From Callorhinchus milii (lineage: Eukaryota), in contig NW_024704743.1 in assembly GCF_018977255.1 (NCBI RefSeq), forward strand, positions 16,804,001 through 16,868,000: a stretch of DNA of 64,000 nt, given 5' to 3'. Made by a program: the position numbers and the translations under genes. Numbering within the stretch: position 1 is the stretch's first letter; every line of letters begins with the position of its first letter. Shown here in pieces: positions 1 through 12,200 of this stretch. The notes below the pieces were generated by a model. It had not been told where the DNA came from. It worked only from the letters and a program-made list of their open reading frames with translations, and searched no databases.

Positions 1-99
1 AACATCATACATTGATTCAGGACCAATTTTAGCCGCTATCTGCCTCCTCCCCAGTCTCTTAAGTAGTTAATGAATCTGAAGGCTGTGTAACTGGGTAAC

Positions 100-500
100 A
101 CTGTCCAAAAACATAATGAAAGCAATATGAGCCTCACCAATATACCCTGGCATTTGCTCAAAATCATGTCTGCAAGGGAAAGAGGAAGAATGCAGAGTCT
201 TCTCATGCTTTTCATAAAAAGTACTTTAAAGTAAAAACAGTAATCCTAAGTAATGTAGGAGAGGTGAACAGATGCACCCCACCCCGAGTTAAAAGGAATC
301 AAACATCTTTGAGGATTGAACACATCCTATCAAACCCCATGGTAACTTCCACATAAAAGCGAAAGGTTTTGAGAGATAATAGAGAATATCAGATCGCAAT
401 ATAAAGAGACCTTCCTACCCTAAAAACTGAGGCAAAAATATAAATAACTTTCCAAACTAGAATAAGTTTCCAATACTCCAATCATCTATCTGTCCGTTCT
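100..500 (-). mobile_element. Highly decayed L1-clade LINE ORF2 (RT) remnant
   Basis: Minus-strand fragments resemble, in order, the L1 RT motifs DRVEWKYL, LTRG..GCxxSPLL and a SLxAD-like segment. The region is heavily frameshifted and was matched by eye only. Confidence 0.35.
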
Positions 501-714
501 GCCTGATATAGACTGCTTTAAATGCAAGATCATGGTTCAATCTATAAATGACCCAGTAAAATTAATGAGACAATGAATACAAAAACTCTATTAAACAATA
601 CAATAATTAATAAAGCAACTGTATTTTTACTCTGGATGTCCTTCCCCTCTGCAATTTCCTTAACTTAGCTGAAAACTACTGATGCAGGACAAATACAAAA
701 ATTCTCAGGCACAA

Positions 715-1080
715 TGAAGCCCATTGAATCTTGGCCAATGGTATCTGTATTTTAAATTACCCTCATATTTTATTCATCCCACTTTCCAGCTCTTTCTCCA
801 TATCCCCAAATGATTTTACTACCTATGTGTTTATAAGTCCCCTTTTGAATGATTCCACTAATCCAGACTTTGAAGAGAATCTAAGTTTACTTCTGTGAGA
901 TATCTTATAATATTTTGAGCATTGTTATAAAAGTTACCTTGGCAATTAGGTTTTTTTCATGATCCCTGGATTTAAAAGTAATGCTCGTTTTAATAAAGCA
1001 CCTTTCATTTCGGGAGGATGTATAGTGACTATAAATTTGTAGGCAAATGCATCTCTCTTCTTCATTCAGGTATTTAAGCA
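715..1080 (-). mobile_element. Old CR1 LINE 3' fragment
   Basis: Degenerate similarity to the reverse complement of the CR1 ORF2 C-terminus/3' UTR seen in younger copies (ctctttctccatatcccc...ccccttttgaatgattcc). Confidence 0.45.
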
Positions 1081-1242
1081 TATACATGTTATTGCCGGTT
1101 TAGTTTTTAGCTCCGTCTCCGTTGTGGGTAATGCAGGCAAGGCCATCACTGATTGGCTGTCCCTGGTTGCCCTCAGTTGATGGGCCTCCCTATCGATCTG
1201 TCCATTCCCTCCGCTAAGCAGCTTGCTCCACGTACCCAGGTA

Positions 1243-2973
1243 AGATGTAGCCAATGCCACAGTATCGGAGGAAAGGATAGAGAAATTGGATAAGATAATA
1301 AACTGAGAGAAGGTATTAAAAAGGTTGTCGGTGCTCAAGTCACTTATATGTCACCCGATCCAGGAAGCATCCTAGGTTATTGAGGGAAGTAAAGGTGGAA
1401 ATAATGGAGGCCTCTGGCCACAATCTTTCAATCCTCCTTGGACACCAGAGTGGTGCCAGAGGACTAGAGAATTGCAAATGTTACTCCCTTGTACAAAAAG
1501 GAGCAGAACGATAAACCCAGGAACTACAGGCCAGTCAGCCTAACGTCAGTAGTGGGGAAACTTGTAGAGACTATAATCAGGGATAAAATTGATTTTCACT
1601 TAGAAAAATATGGATGAACAAAGGACAGCCAACATGGGTTTGTAAAAGGGAAATCGTGTCTAACAAACCTGGTAGAGTTTTTTGATGAAGTAACGGAGAG
1701 GGTGGATGAAGGTAGTGCAGTTGATGTTGTTTATATGGATTTTCAAAAGGCGTTTGATAAAGTGCCACATAAGAGACTTGTAAGGAAAATAGAAGCCCAC
1801 AGTATTAAAGGGACAGTGGCAGCATGGATACCGAACTGGCTGGGAGACAGAAAGCAGAGAGTGGTCCTCCTGATGTGAAAGGAACTCTATAAATGTAATT
1901 TTATTGTTGGTGATGGTGGTGGTGAACGGTTGTTTTTCTGACTGGAGGGAAGTGTGCAGTGGTGTCCCCCAGGGGTCGGTATTGGGACCACTGCTTTTTT
2001 GATCCACATAAATGACCTGGACTTGGGTATAGGGAGTACAATTTCCAAGTTTGCAGATGATACTAAGCTAGGAAAAGTAATAAACGTTGAGGAGGATGGT
2101 AGCAGACTGCAAGAGAACATAGACAGACTGGTAAAATGGGCAGACAGGTGGCAGATGAAGTTTAATGTGGAGAAATGTAAAGTTATGCATTTTGGGGGGA
2201 AGAATGAGGAGAGGCAATATAAGCTGATGGTACAATCTTAAAAGGGGTGAAGGAACAGAGAGACCTGGGGGTCATATAAGTAAATCTTTGAAGATGGCAG
2301 GACAGGTAGATAAAGCCGTTAAAAAAGCACATGGGATACTAGGCTTTATAAACAGGGGCATAGAATACAAAAGTCAGGAAGTTATGATGAATCTTTATAA
2401 AACACTGGTTAGGCCTCAGCTCGAGTACTGTGTTCAGTTCTGGGCACCACACTTTAGGAGGATGTCAAGGCATTGGAGAGGGTGCAAAGGAGGTTTATCA
2501 GGATTATACTGGGAATGAGGGACTTCAGTTATGAGGAGAGGCTAGAGAAGCTGGGATTATTCTCCTTGGAGCAGAAAAGGTTAAGAAGAGACTTAATAGA
2601 AGTTTTCAAAATTATGAGGGGATTCAATAGGGTGAACAAGGAGAAACTATTTCCGCTGGCGGGTGGGTTGGTAACCCGAGAGCACTGATTTAAAATCGTT
2701 GTTAAAAGAAACAGAGGCAAGGTAAGGAGAAATTTTTCACACAGCGAGTTGTTTGGATCTGGAATGCATTGCCTGAAAGAGTGGTGGAAGCCCATTCGAC
2801 AAAAACTTTTAAGAGAGATGTAGATAATTCTTTGGGGAGGATAAATTTGCAGGACCTTGGGGAGAGAACGAGGGAGTGGGATTGAGTTGGATACCTCTTT
2901 TCAAAGAGCCAGCACAGACATGAGGGGCTGAATGGCCTCCTTCTGTGCTGTTTAATTCTATGATTCTATGATT
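1243..2973 (+). mobile_element. CR1 LINE, 5'-truncated (ORF2 RT + 3' UTR), frameshifted
   Basis: Translated motifs [56 protein letters not shown] and LGLFSLE. Ends in the CR1-type tail ttctatgattctatgatt. Confidence 0.95.
1865..1915 (+). mobile_element. ~50-bp L2-type 3' tail inserted in the CR1
   Basis: tcctcctgatgtgaaaggaactctataaatgtaattttattgttg interrupts the CR1 QRVVVNG segment and matches the L2 tail at 21605-21670. Confidence 0.8.
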
Positions 2974-3411
2974 TAAACCACCACAATCCTTGTGGGGTGG
3001 TTCCACAATGGTGTTTCCACCATTTCAGTAGGAGAATCAAGCATACTTTAAAGAAGGGCGATATGTGTATGACTCAGGATGGTGAGTAACTTGGGGGAAA
3101 CGTGTAGTTTGTGGAGTTCCCATGATAACTCTTCTCTTGTTCTCCTGGATGATGATGATAATAATAATCCTTGCATTGGATATAACGCCTTATCACATCA
3201 TTGAGACCTCTCAATGCACTTGACGGTGGTGCTGGGCGGTGCTGTAGAGGCAAGGTTGGTGCTTCTCTGCAGATAGTACACACTGCAGCCACAGTGCTCA
3301 ATAGGGGAGAGAGCAGCTCTGGAGCACAGAGGCTGAGGTGCCAATCCTGCAAACCTCTCTCCCGTGATGGTGACTATTCTATCATTCTCCTAACCAGCCT
3401 TGTTGGTGATG

Positions 3412-3836
3412 AACAGCAACAACAACAACAAGATTCCATTTATAGAGCGCCTTTCACGTCGGGAGGATGTCCCAAGGCGCTGTACAGTTGGGTCAGGACC
3501 CGAGCAGGGAGGAAATGGTCAGGGTGAGGGAAGGGAGGGAGCAAGGAGGGGGTAGAGAGTCGAGAGGGGAGCTGAAGGCACGGTCAAAGAGAAAGGTCTT
3601 GAGACCGGCCTTGAAGGAGGAAAGGGAGGAGGCAAGGCGAAGGCACCGGGGGATAGAGCCTGGGGGCTGAGAAGCTGAAGGCCCGGCCACCGATGGGGCG
3701 GGGGATGTGGAGCAGACCGGAGCCAGAGGAACGGAGGGTATGAGCAAGTAAGTAGGGGGATAGTAGGTCAGAGAGGTAGGAGGGAGCAAGGCCGTGAATG
3801 GCCTTGTAGGTGAGGATAAGGATCTTGAATTTGAAA
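3412..3836 (-). mobile_element. L2 LINE 3' end (young)
   Basis: Minus translation FKILILTYKAIHGLAPSYLSDLL..RSSGSGLLHIPR..IGGRAFSFSAPRL and FKAGLKTFLF, followed by the 3' UTR and (TTG)n tail. Confidence 0.92.
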
Positions 3837-4094
3837 GGAGGTAAGCCATTCTCCAGAGTGGCTGGCCTCTGTCCTGCTCCTGTAGCCACGGTGTTAATGT
3901 GACTGCTCCAGTTACGCTTCTCAACCACTTTCCGCCTGATGTTGGCAGACTCAGCAATGAAGAATTGAAGGATAGGGTGGGCAGGGCTGGATTCTCTCTT
4001 GTTGGATTTGGGTATGTTGTTAAATGTTGAGCATAGAAGGTGAGATGCCAATCGAGCACATTTATTTCTCTTGGATGTTGTTGGGTAGGATCTT

Positions 4095-4290
4095 AATAAT
4101 AATCCTTGCATTTGATATCGCACGTTATTACATCTTTGAGACATCTCAAAGCACTTCACAGAATATACTGTAAAATGAAACGACTAACAACCGAGTTCTT
4201 ACAAACTGCTAGGTCAACAGAGGTGTATGGAGTAAAGAAACTTGCTTAAGGTTTCGATCTGCCCAGGAATCGAAACTCGGTCCTTTTGCT
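4095..4290 (-). mobile_element. tRNA-derived SINE (family A), internally deleted
   Basis: taataataatccttgcatttgatat tail and gagtaaagaaacttgc...caggaatcgaaac head-proximal segment, both matching the full copy at 45178-45505. Confidence 0.8.
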
Positions 4291-4589
4291 TCATTAATGT
4301 TTGCACGGCTTTCTGCTCCATTCCTGACAACACTGATAATGAAGCAGCCCATACCTGCCTTTAGTATGACCTAGATACCTCCACCTTTGGGCTGACAAGT
4401 GACAGATAACAATCGCACCACGTGACTAGTCCCAATCCTGACCTTATGTTACAAAGATCATTGATGCAGCAGCTGAAGATGGCTGACTCAAGGACCCTGA
4501 CCTGACAATCTCCTGCAATGATATCCTGGGGCTAAGACGATCGCCCTCCGATAGTCTGTGTATAAGAGCTGCCTCATATTTCGTATATA

Positions 4590-4775
4590 ATTAGTGACTA
4601 CTGTATTATCTGCTGACTATATGTGTTTCTCAGAATACACGTAGCCTCTCCTTGATTTTGTGTGTCATTTTGGATGCTTTTATATTGTATTTGGAAACAT
4701 AGCAGTACAGAATTTTTAAAAAATAAAATTAGGAAAATGATTTATAACCCAGTTAAGCCTCTTACAAAGATTTAG
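4590..4775 (+). repeat. Unclassified interspersed repeat, copy 1
   Basis: Reverse-complement homologue at ~53598-53775 (for example tttctcagaatacacgtag vs ctacgtgtgttctgagaaa; cccagttaagc vs gcttaactggg). Confidence 0.75.
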
Positions 4776-7700
4776 GTAGACTGTACAAGAACATCCCAAC
4801 TAGTTCATGGCTATTGATTGTACTCCACATGAACCTCGCATTTCCTTCTATGGATAAGAGCTTATGTTTTACATGTTTTACATAGGAGGATAGTTGTGGT
4901 TGTGGGAGGATAATCACTAAGGCCCAGGACATCAGTGCAGGAGATCCTCAGGGAAGTGATTTATAATCTGCAGTATTATAATATCATATTAAATCTTACA
5001 GCAACATAGAAATATACCGCCCAGTCCAACATTTAGTGCTTTGAATGGAAAGTGGATAGGCATGGTAAATCTGCATGCTTGAACTGCAGATTGTAAACCA
5101 GTAACTGACGAACAGTGGACATAACATCCACATAGATATAGAATTTGAAAACTTGAATGGGTTTGTCTAAAACAAAGCAATATATCATGTGGTACAACGT
5201 GTTATCATAGATGGATTAATCATCACCGGTGTTTTTTTTAAATATCAGGGAATTACTGTGCCTTATGTGAAAATATTGCCAATCACTGTGTGAATACTGA
5301 TCATTCTCTTTTATAATACGTTCATATCCATTGTCTGAAAATGATATCCCTGTAATTTGTACATTCTTAATGCCTGAATTCACCAATTTAATGTAAGGAA
5401 TGCAGCTTTGCATCTCCGCGCTCAGATATCTATGTTAATCTTATGTCCACTGTTCTTCACTTACTAGTGTGGTTATCCAACCCAGATGTGGTGTCTGCTA
5501 TTCTGTTTCAATAACAGATACAACATTTTACTTTTTCATAAATCCTATGACATGCAGATGGTACTATACTCACATTTCAGACTCACCTTCTAAACTTATT
5601 CTCATTCATTCTCATGCAACTCCATTATTTTTCACTTCAGACATTAAACTCCCATGAGGGATCTTTTATGATGTTTTCTAAGATCTGAGATATATACCGT
5701 CCACTAGTTAGCCATATCCACCTGCTGCAATACAAATTCCAACAAATGTATTAGTCTACTTGCAAACCATATTACCTTCACTCTCACTAATGGTTTCAAA
5801 CTACATTCTTCATAAAAACACTGGTATTTTTCTTACAAAAGCTCTGCAAATCATCATGCGGATGTGTTGCGCTCATTGCAACTTAATTTACAGCTCCTGT
5901 TCCCACTTGAGTCATTGAGCAATGTCCAAGTCTTTCTGAAGTTCCTCACCTATTAATCTTTTGCACCCTAACACCTCTCTATATCCACCGACATTGTGCC
6001 TGTGAACCACTCAAAAACATTATCCTAAATGAAGACTGTTTTATAAATGCAAGTTGCTGCTGTTGAATTGTGAAGGTGGATGTAACTCAAGAAAATGTAG
6101 CTGTGTGCAGGAGGAGAGGAAGGAGGGGATGTCATCTGAGGTAGTTTATATTCTTGGCCATCTTTAGGTTGTAGCTTCATTACTGTTCAGAATATACACC
6201 AGAGTTTGATGGTGCCTGGAGCTATTTGCACTCCTGTGACTTTGACAGAAGATTGTCCTTTGTGAATGCCGTTGTTGAAAACAGCTACCTGCCCCTAGAT
6301 GTTAAGAAAAGTGCTGTCGTTTTCAGTACTAGGTGATGACACAAGAGTAGTTGAGGGGGAATCAGCAGTTCCAAGCACTATGAATTTAAAATAATAATAA
6401 TACTCACATTTGATGTTGCTCTTTTAAGAGGAGAGGACTTCTTAAAGCACTTCACAGGGAAACTTCCATGTGTATGTGGCATAGATGTGTGGAACTCTCA
6501 GTCTGGTTTGAATATTCTTAAGCAAGGTGATGCGTTTCCACATGTTTCAGATAAATGGCCGATCAAACAAAAAATGTCTAAACAGATAAGCTTGTTTTGG
6601 ATAAACGGCTTCTCTTAGCCATGAGTTTGAAGACAGAGTTTGAAACATACCCCTAGATTGTCAAGGTCCAGAAAATGTGAACTAGTGTCCTAAAGTGCAA
6701 TAGAGTAGAATTTCTTTCAACAGTAGCCAAGCCTGTTGGGTTCACGTTCTCCAGACCAATCCCTTGTCAAGGCCGGAAAAGAAAATGTTGGATGTTTCTC
6801 TTTGTAGAAAAAGATATCTGAACAGAGGAAGATCTGATAAGAGATGGTGCAACATCTGCATACAGAAATAACTCTTGTCTGAGACAGAGACATTTATGGC
6901 TCAAAGCAGAAAACAGCTGAAATGAAAGCATGTTTTAGTTAAAGGTTTATGTTCCCAATTATGCCTCCTTTCTAAACTGTCAATACCTTCAGCATTAGCC
7001 TGTAGCTCACTTGCACCAACAGACATAAATTAATGGTGTCTTAAAGCAGTCTAAAATGAAGGAATTCACAGAATAAACTAACGCTGGTCTGCAATTCACC
7101 TGGTAACGAGGGCCACTTAAGGTTTTTTGGCTAATCGCATAAATTCTTTGAAAAAAATCTGTGGAATCTTGCTTGGATTTTAGCACACATTAACTCTCTG
7201 AATTCCATTATTATCTGTACAAATGTTTAGATGGAATTTCAGGCCAGTAAACTTTTATTTTCCTGCACTCTGTTGCAGCCCTGCATCAAATTAAATTTCT
7301 AGCATTGCAGACTTCCATGTGTAAGTGGCATCTAAATTTCTAGCATTACATAGCTTTCCTCCTACCCTCATTTCTTTTAATGGTCTTCATTATATTTCAG
7401 CTGGCCTAGAGAAATAAGGAGCTTTAAATGTTTCAATCTTTCTAACTGTTAACATTTCTAACTTCTCCATAAATTCAGATGTATCCTCTCCCATGTGCCT
7501 ATTTGGCTAAACTAAGTGATGTTAATGTTGGGTGAAATTCAATCCATCTTACTGCAGTATAAATAATGTGGTACAATTACACTGTAGTATCATCCGTTCA
7601 CAAGTCTTTGCCAATTAATGTTTGAACATATCTTTATGAGATGCAAAAATACTAGCATAACAACAATTTTAAATTTTTATGGCACCTTTCATGTCCGGAG

Positions 7701-9031
7701 TGCATCTCAAAGTGCTTCACAGAACTGCCTGGGAGCATAAGTTGGGAGTGGCACAATTGTAGAGTCCAAGGAAATCCCAAGTTGGAGCTTCTTATTTGGA
7801 GTTATAGCTGAACTTTTCAATGGTCTACACCAGTAAACCGACTCGACTCATGTGGGTTTTCTGTATTTTGATCAGGCTGCATGGGAACATAGGGGAGGAG
7901 CAGCCCACTGTTTACAGAAGGTGGGTGTCAGTGAAGGAACCCTCACCAATAAAGGACAACATTAGTGATTTGTTTTAACGCCCAAACCTCACACAAAATT
8001 AACATAAAGAATGGGTTAAGAATATCCTCATTTTTTACCGTCATGGTTTATTCTATTACCCTCTGCTGTCAATCAATATGGTTTTGACAGATACAGCTGT
8101 ATGCTATTCCAAAAACATATGAAAGCAAGTTATAGTAAAAAAAATTCAACTGCTCTGTTAAGTTATTCACAACAGTCCTGGTTGAAGCTGAACCCTTTAG
8201 ATGTTTGTTTCACAGAAACAGTTTTGATCTGATGTTTTCTGTTGACTATTCTGTACTGAAAACAGCTGTCTTGCACAGCAAATTATGAGCAGAATTTGCC
8301 TCAGTGACTGGATAAATGAGAAATTCCAGTTCATTGTGTAATTGGTTCAGTTAGCTTGATGTCCGACAAGCGTGGAAACACACCACTATGTTTAAGATTA
8401 TTCAAACCAGCTTGAGAGTTCCATGTATGCATGTCACCAATGCATGGAAATTTTCTATTAGTTGCAGTGGTAAAAATATTTGACATTATTTATGGACCAA
8501 TATCCTGGATAATCACAAATAACAAAGGTCTAACCTGGCCATTCAAAAATAATGTTAGTTACTTCTATCCGCTTCTCAATTAGAGTGACTTAGAGTGTCC
8601 AGCCTGAATCCACAGTTCAATGGAACCAATTACATTGATTTTAATCACAGTCTCCACAGACAACTTGCATAGTTATAATGACAGATATGTTGCTTTGGTA
8701 CTTCCAAATTTGCACAATAATTCTGGTTGTTTTCTTATAAACAGAAACTGTTGAACCAGTAGACAAAAGCAAATGGTATAATCTGTTCAAATGAACTTAC
8801 TGATGTCAGTTTGCTACGCTTTTCTCAACAGGTTCAACAGAATAAATCGGATGAATTAAAGTAACATCAAGTGTGATCCTCATTGAAGATACAAGAATAT
8901 CAGTGAAAACAATTTTTGGTAAGCATATTATATTTGCCCAATATATCAATCGTGCAATTCTTATTAGAATATCACGAGAGGTTTAGATCAAGAAGCCCTT
9001 CGGATCATTTGATCCCATGCTTCCAGAATAT

Positions 9032-9270
9032 CAACAACAACAACTTACACTTGTATAGCACTCTTCACTTCGAAAAGACAAAAAGACATCCCAGGGTGCT
9101 GGACAGTCAGGGATTTTGGACCCGAGCTGGGAGTTGGGGTCAGGAAGGGTGCAGGCAGGGACTTGAAAGAGGCAAGAGAGGGAGTGAGAGACGGAGGGAT
9201 TGCGGGATAGAGTTCCAGAGTGTTTGGGCAGAGATGCTGAATGCCCAATCGCCAATGGTGGAGTGGGAAC
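9032..9270 (-). mobile_element. L2 LINE 3' end (interrupted by CR1; continues ~13870-14150)
   Basis: (CAA)n tail, ggacccgagctggg and agagttccagag (LWNS-like), ending at the TIG motif. The next L2 motifs resume at ~13870. Confidence 0.8.
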
Positions 9271-12200
9271 TCATAGAATCATACAGCGCAGAAGGAGGCC
9301 ATTCAGCCCATCGTGTCTGTGCTGGCTCTTTGAAAAGAGCTATTCAATTCAATCACACTCACCCACTCTCTCCCCATAGCCCTGCAAACTTGTGCTCCCC
9401 AAAATATTATCTACATCTCTCTTAAAAGCTATTATCGAATTGGTTTCCACCACCCTTTCAGGCAACACATTCCAGATCCGAACAATTCAGTGTGTGAAAA
9501 AATTTCTCCTCATCGCCCTTCTGTTTCTTTTAGCAATACTTTAAATCAGTGTCCTCGGGTTACCAACCCACCCGCCAGTGGAAATAGTTTCTCCTTGTTC
9601 ACTTTATTGAAGCCCCTCACAATTTTGAAAACTTCTATCAACTCTCCTCTTAACCTTCTCTGCTCAAAGGAGAATAATCCTAGCTTCTCTAGCCTCTCCT
9701 CATAACTGAAGTCCCTCATTCCCAGTATATTCCTGGTAAACCTCCTTTGCACCCTCTCCAATGCCTTGACATCCTCCTAAAGTGTGGTGCCCAGAACTGA
9801 ACACAGTACTCGAGCTGAAGCCTAACCAGTGTTTTATCAAGATTCATCATAACTTCCTGACTTTTGTATTCTATGCCCCTGTTTATAAAGCCTAGTATCC
9901 CATGTGCTTTTTTAACAGCTTTATTTACCTGTCCTGCCACTTTCAAAGATTTGCTTATATGCACCCCCAGGTCTCTCTGTTCCTTCACCCCCTTTAAGAT
10001 TGTACCATCAGCTTATATTGCCTCTCCTCATTCTTCCTCCAAAATGCATCACTTTGCATTTCTCCACATTAAACTTCATCTGCCACATATCTGCCCATTT
10101 TACCAGTCTGTCTTTGTTCTCTTGCAGTCTGCTACTATCCTTCTCACTGTTTACTACTTTTCTTAGCTTAGTATCATCTGCAAACTTGGAAATTATACTC
10201 GCTATACCCAAGTCCAGGTCACTTATATGGATCAAAGACAGCATTGGTCCCAATACTGATCCCTGGGGGATACCACTGCACACTTCCATCCAGTCAGAAA
10301 AACAACTACTCTCTGCTTTCTGTCTCCCAGCAATTCTGTATCGATGCTGCCACTGTCCCTTTAATACCATGGGCTTCTATTTTCCTTACAAGTCTCTTAT
10401 GTTGCACTTTATCAAACTCCATTTGAAAATCCATATAAACTGCATCAACTGCACTACCTTCATCCATCCTCTCTGTTACTTCATCAAAAACTCTACTGGG
10501 TTTTTAGACACGATTTGCCTTTAACAAACCCATGTTGGCTGTCCTTTGTTCATCCATATTTTTCTAAGTGAAAATCAATTTTGTTCCTGATTATAGTCTC
10601 TAGAAGTTTTCCCGCTACTAACGTTAGGCTGACTGGCCTGTAGTTCCTGGGTTTATCTTTCTGCTCCTTTTTGTACAGGGGAGTAACATTTCCAACTCTC
10701 CAGTCCTCTGGCACCACCCTAGTTTTCAAGGAGGATTGAAAGATTGTGGCCAGAGCCTCTATTATTTCCACCCTTACTTCCGTCAGTATCCTAGGATGCA
10801 TCCCATCCAGACCGGGTGACTTATCTACCTTGAGCACCGACAACCTTTTTAATACCTCCTCTCAGTTTATTCTTATCTTATCCAATTTCTCTACCCTTTC
10901 CTCCGATGCTGTGGCTTTGGTTGCATCTTCTTTTGGGAAGACAAATGCAAAATACTTATTCAATACGTCAGCCTCCACAAGAAGATTTCCTCTTTGGTCC
11001 CACCATACCTTTAACTAACCTTTTATTCTCTATATGCTTAATAAAGTATATTAGGGTTCCTTTTTATGTTACCCATTAATTTTTTCTCATACAATCTCTT
11101 TGCCCCTCTTTTTTCCTTTTTCAGTTCTCATCTGTACTTTCTATATTCTATTTGATTATTTTCTGTATTTTGGATCTTTTGCTGTTTTATTTTAATCCTA
11201 ATTTCCTTATGCATCCAAGGAGGTTTGGATGCCTTACCTTTCCCATTTGTGGGAATGTATTTGTTCTGTCCCCAAACTATCTCCTCCTTGAAGGGTTCCC
11301 ATTGCTCGAAAGCTGTTTTACCTGCCAGTCTTTCTTTCCAGTCCACCTTGGATAGGTCCCTTTTTAACTCATTGAAATTAGTCCTCTTTCAGTTGAGTAT
11401 CTTCACCTTTGATTACTTCTTGTCTCTTCCATAAGTACTCTAAACCTAATAATGCTGTGATCACTGTTGTCCAGATGCTCTCCTACTGAAAACTACTGCA
11501 CTTGCCCCACTTCATTCCCCAGAACTGGATCTAGCACTGCTTCCTTCCTCGTGGACTGGAAACATACTGATCCAGAAAGTTATCCTGCACACATTTCAGG
11601 AATCCTTCCCCCTCATTGCTCTTTACACTGTTTTTTTGCCAGCCTAGGTTAGGATAATTGAAGCCCCCATTATCACTACTCTGTTGGTTTTGCATCTTTC
11701 TGAAAATCTGCTTGCAGATTTGCTTGTCTATCTCTTTCCCACATTCGGTGGTGTATAGTATACACCTAACAGAGTAACTGCTCCTTTTCTGCTCCTTAAC
11801 TCCAACCAAATAGATTCTGTTTTTGGACCCTCTGGTACATCATCCCTTTCCAGGGCCATAGCGGTGTCTTTAATCAATATTGCCACCACCTCCCACTCTT
11901 TTTTTTCCTTCCCTATCCCTCCTGAATATATTGTAGCCAGGTATATTCAGCTCCCATTCCTGCCCTTGTTTGAGCCAGGTCTCCGTTATTGCCACCACAT
12001 CATAACCCCATGTAGCAACTTGATACTGCAGCTCACCAACCTTATCTGTCATACTCTGTGCATTTATGCACATGCACTCCAAGACCAATTTAGTCTGGTT
12101 CTGCATTTCTCCCCCGTCTAATCCCTCCTTTTTCTGGATTACTCCTGATTACATTGCTATCCATATCTCCCAGCCCTCAATGTAACTTGTTTGTCCTCTC

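Noticed and set aside
4980..5950. Short ORFs (e.g. 5216..5413 minus) as host exons or an upstream neighbour such as GALNT12
   Set aside because: No recognisable motifs or convincing splice framework. It is possibly very decayed retroelement sequence, but I cannot assign it.
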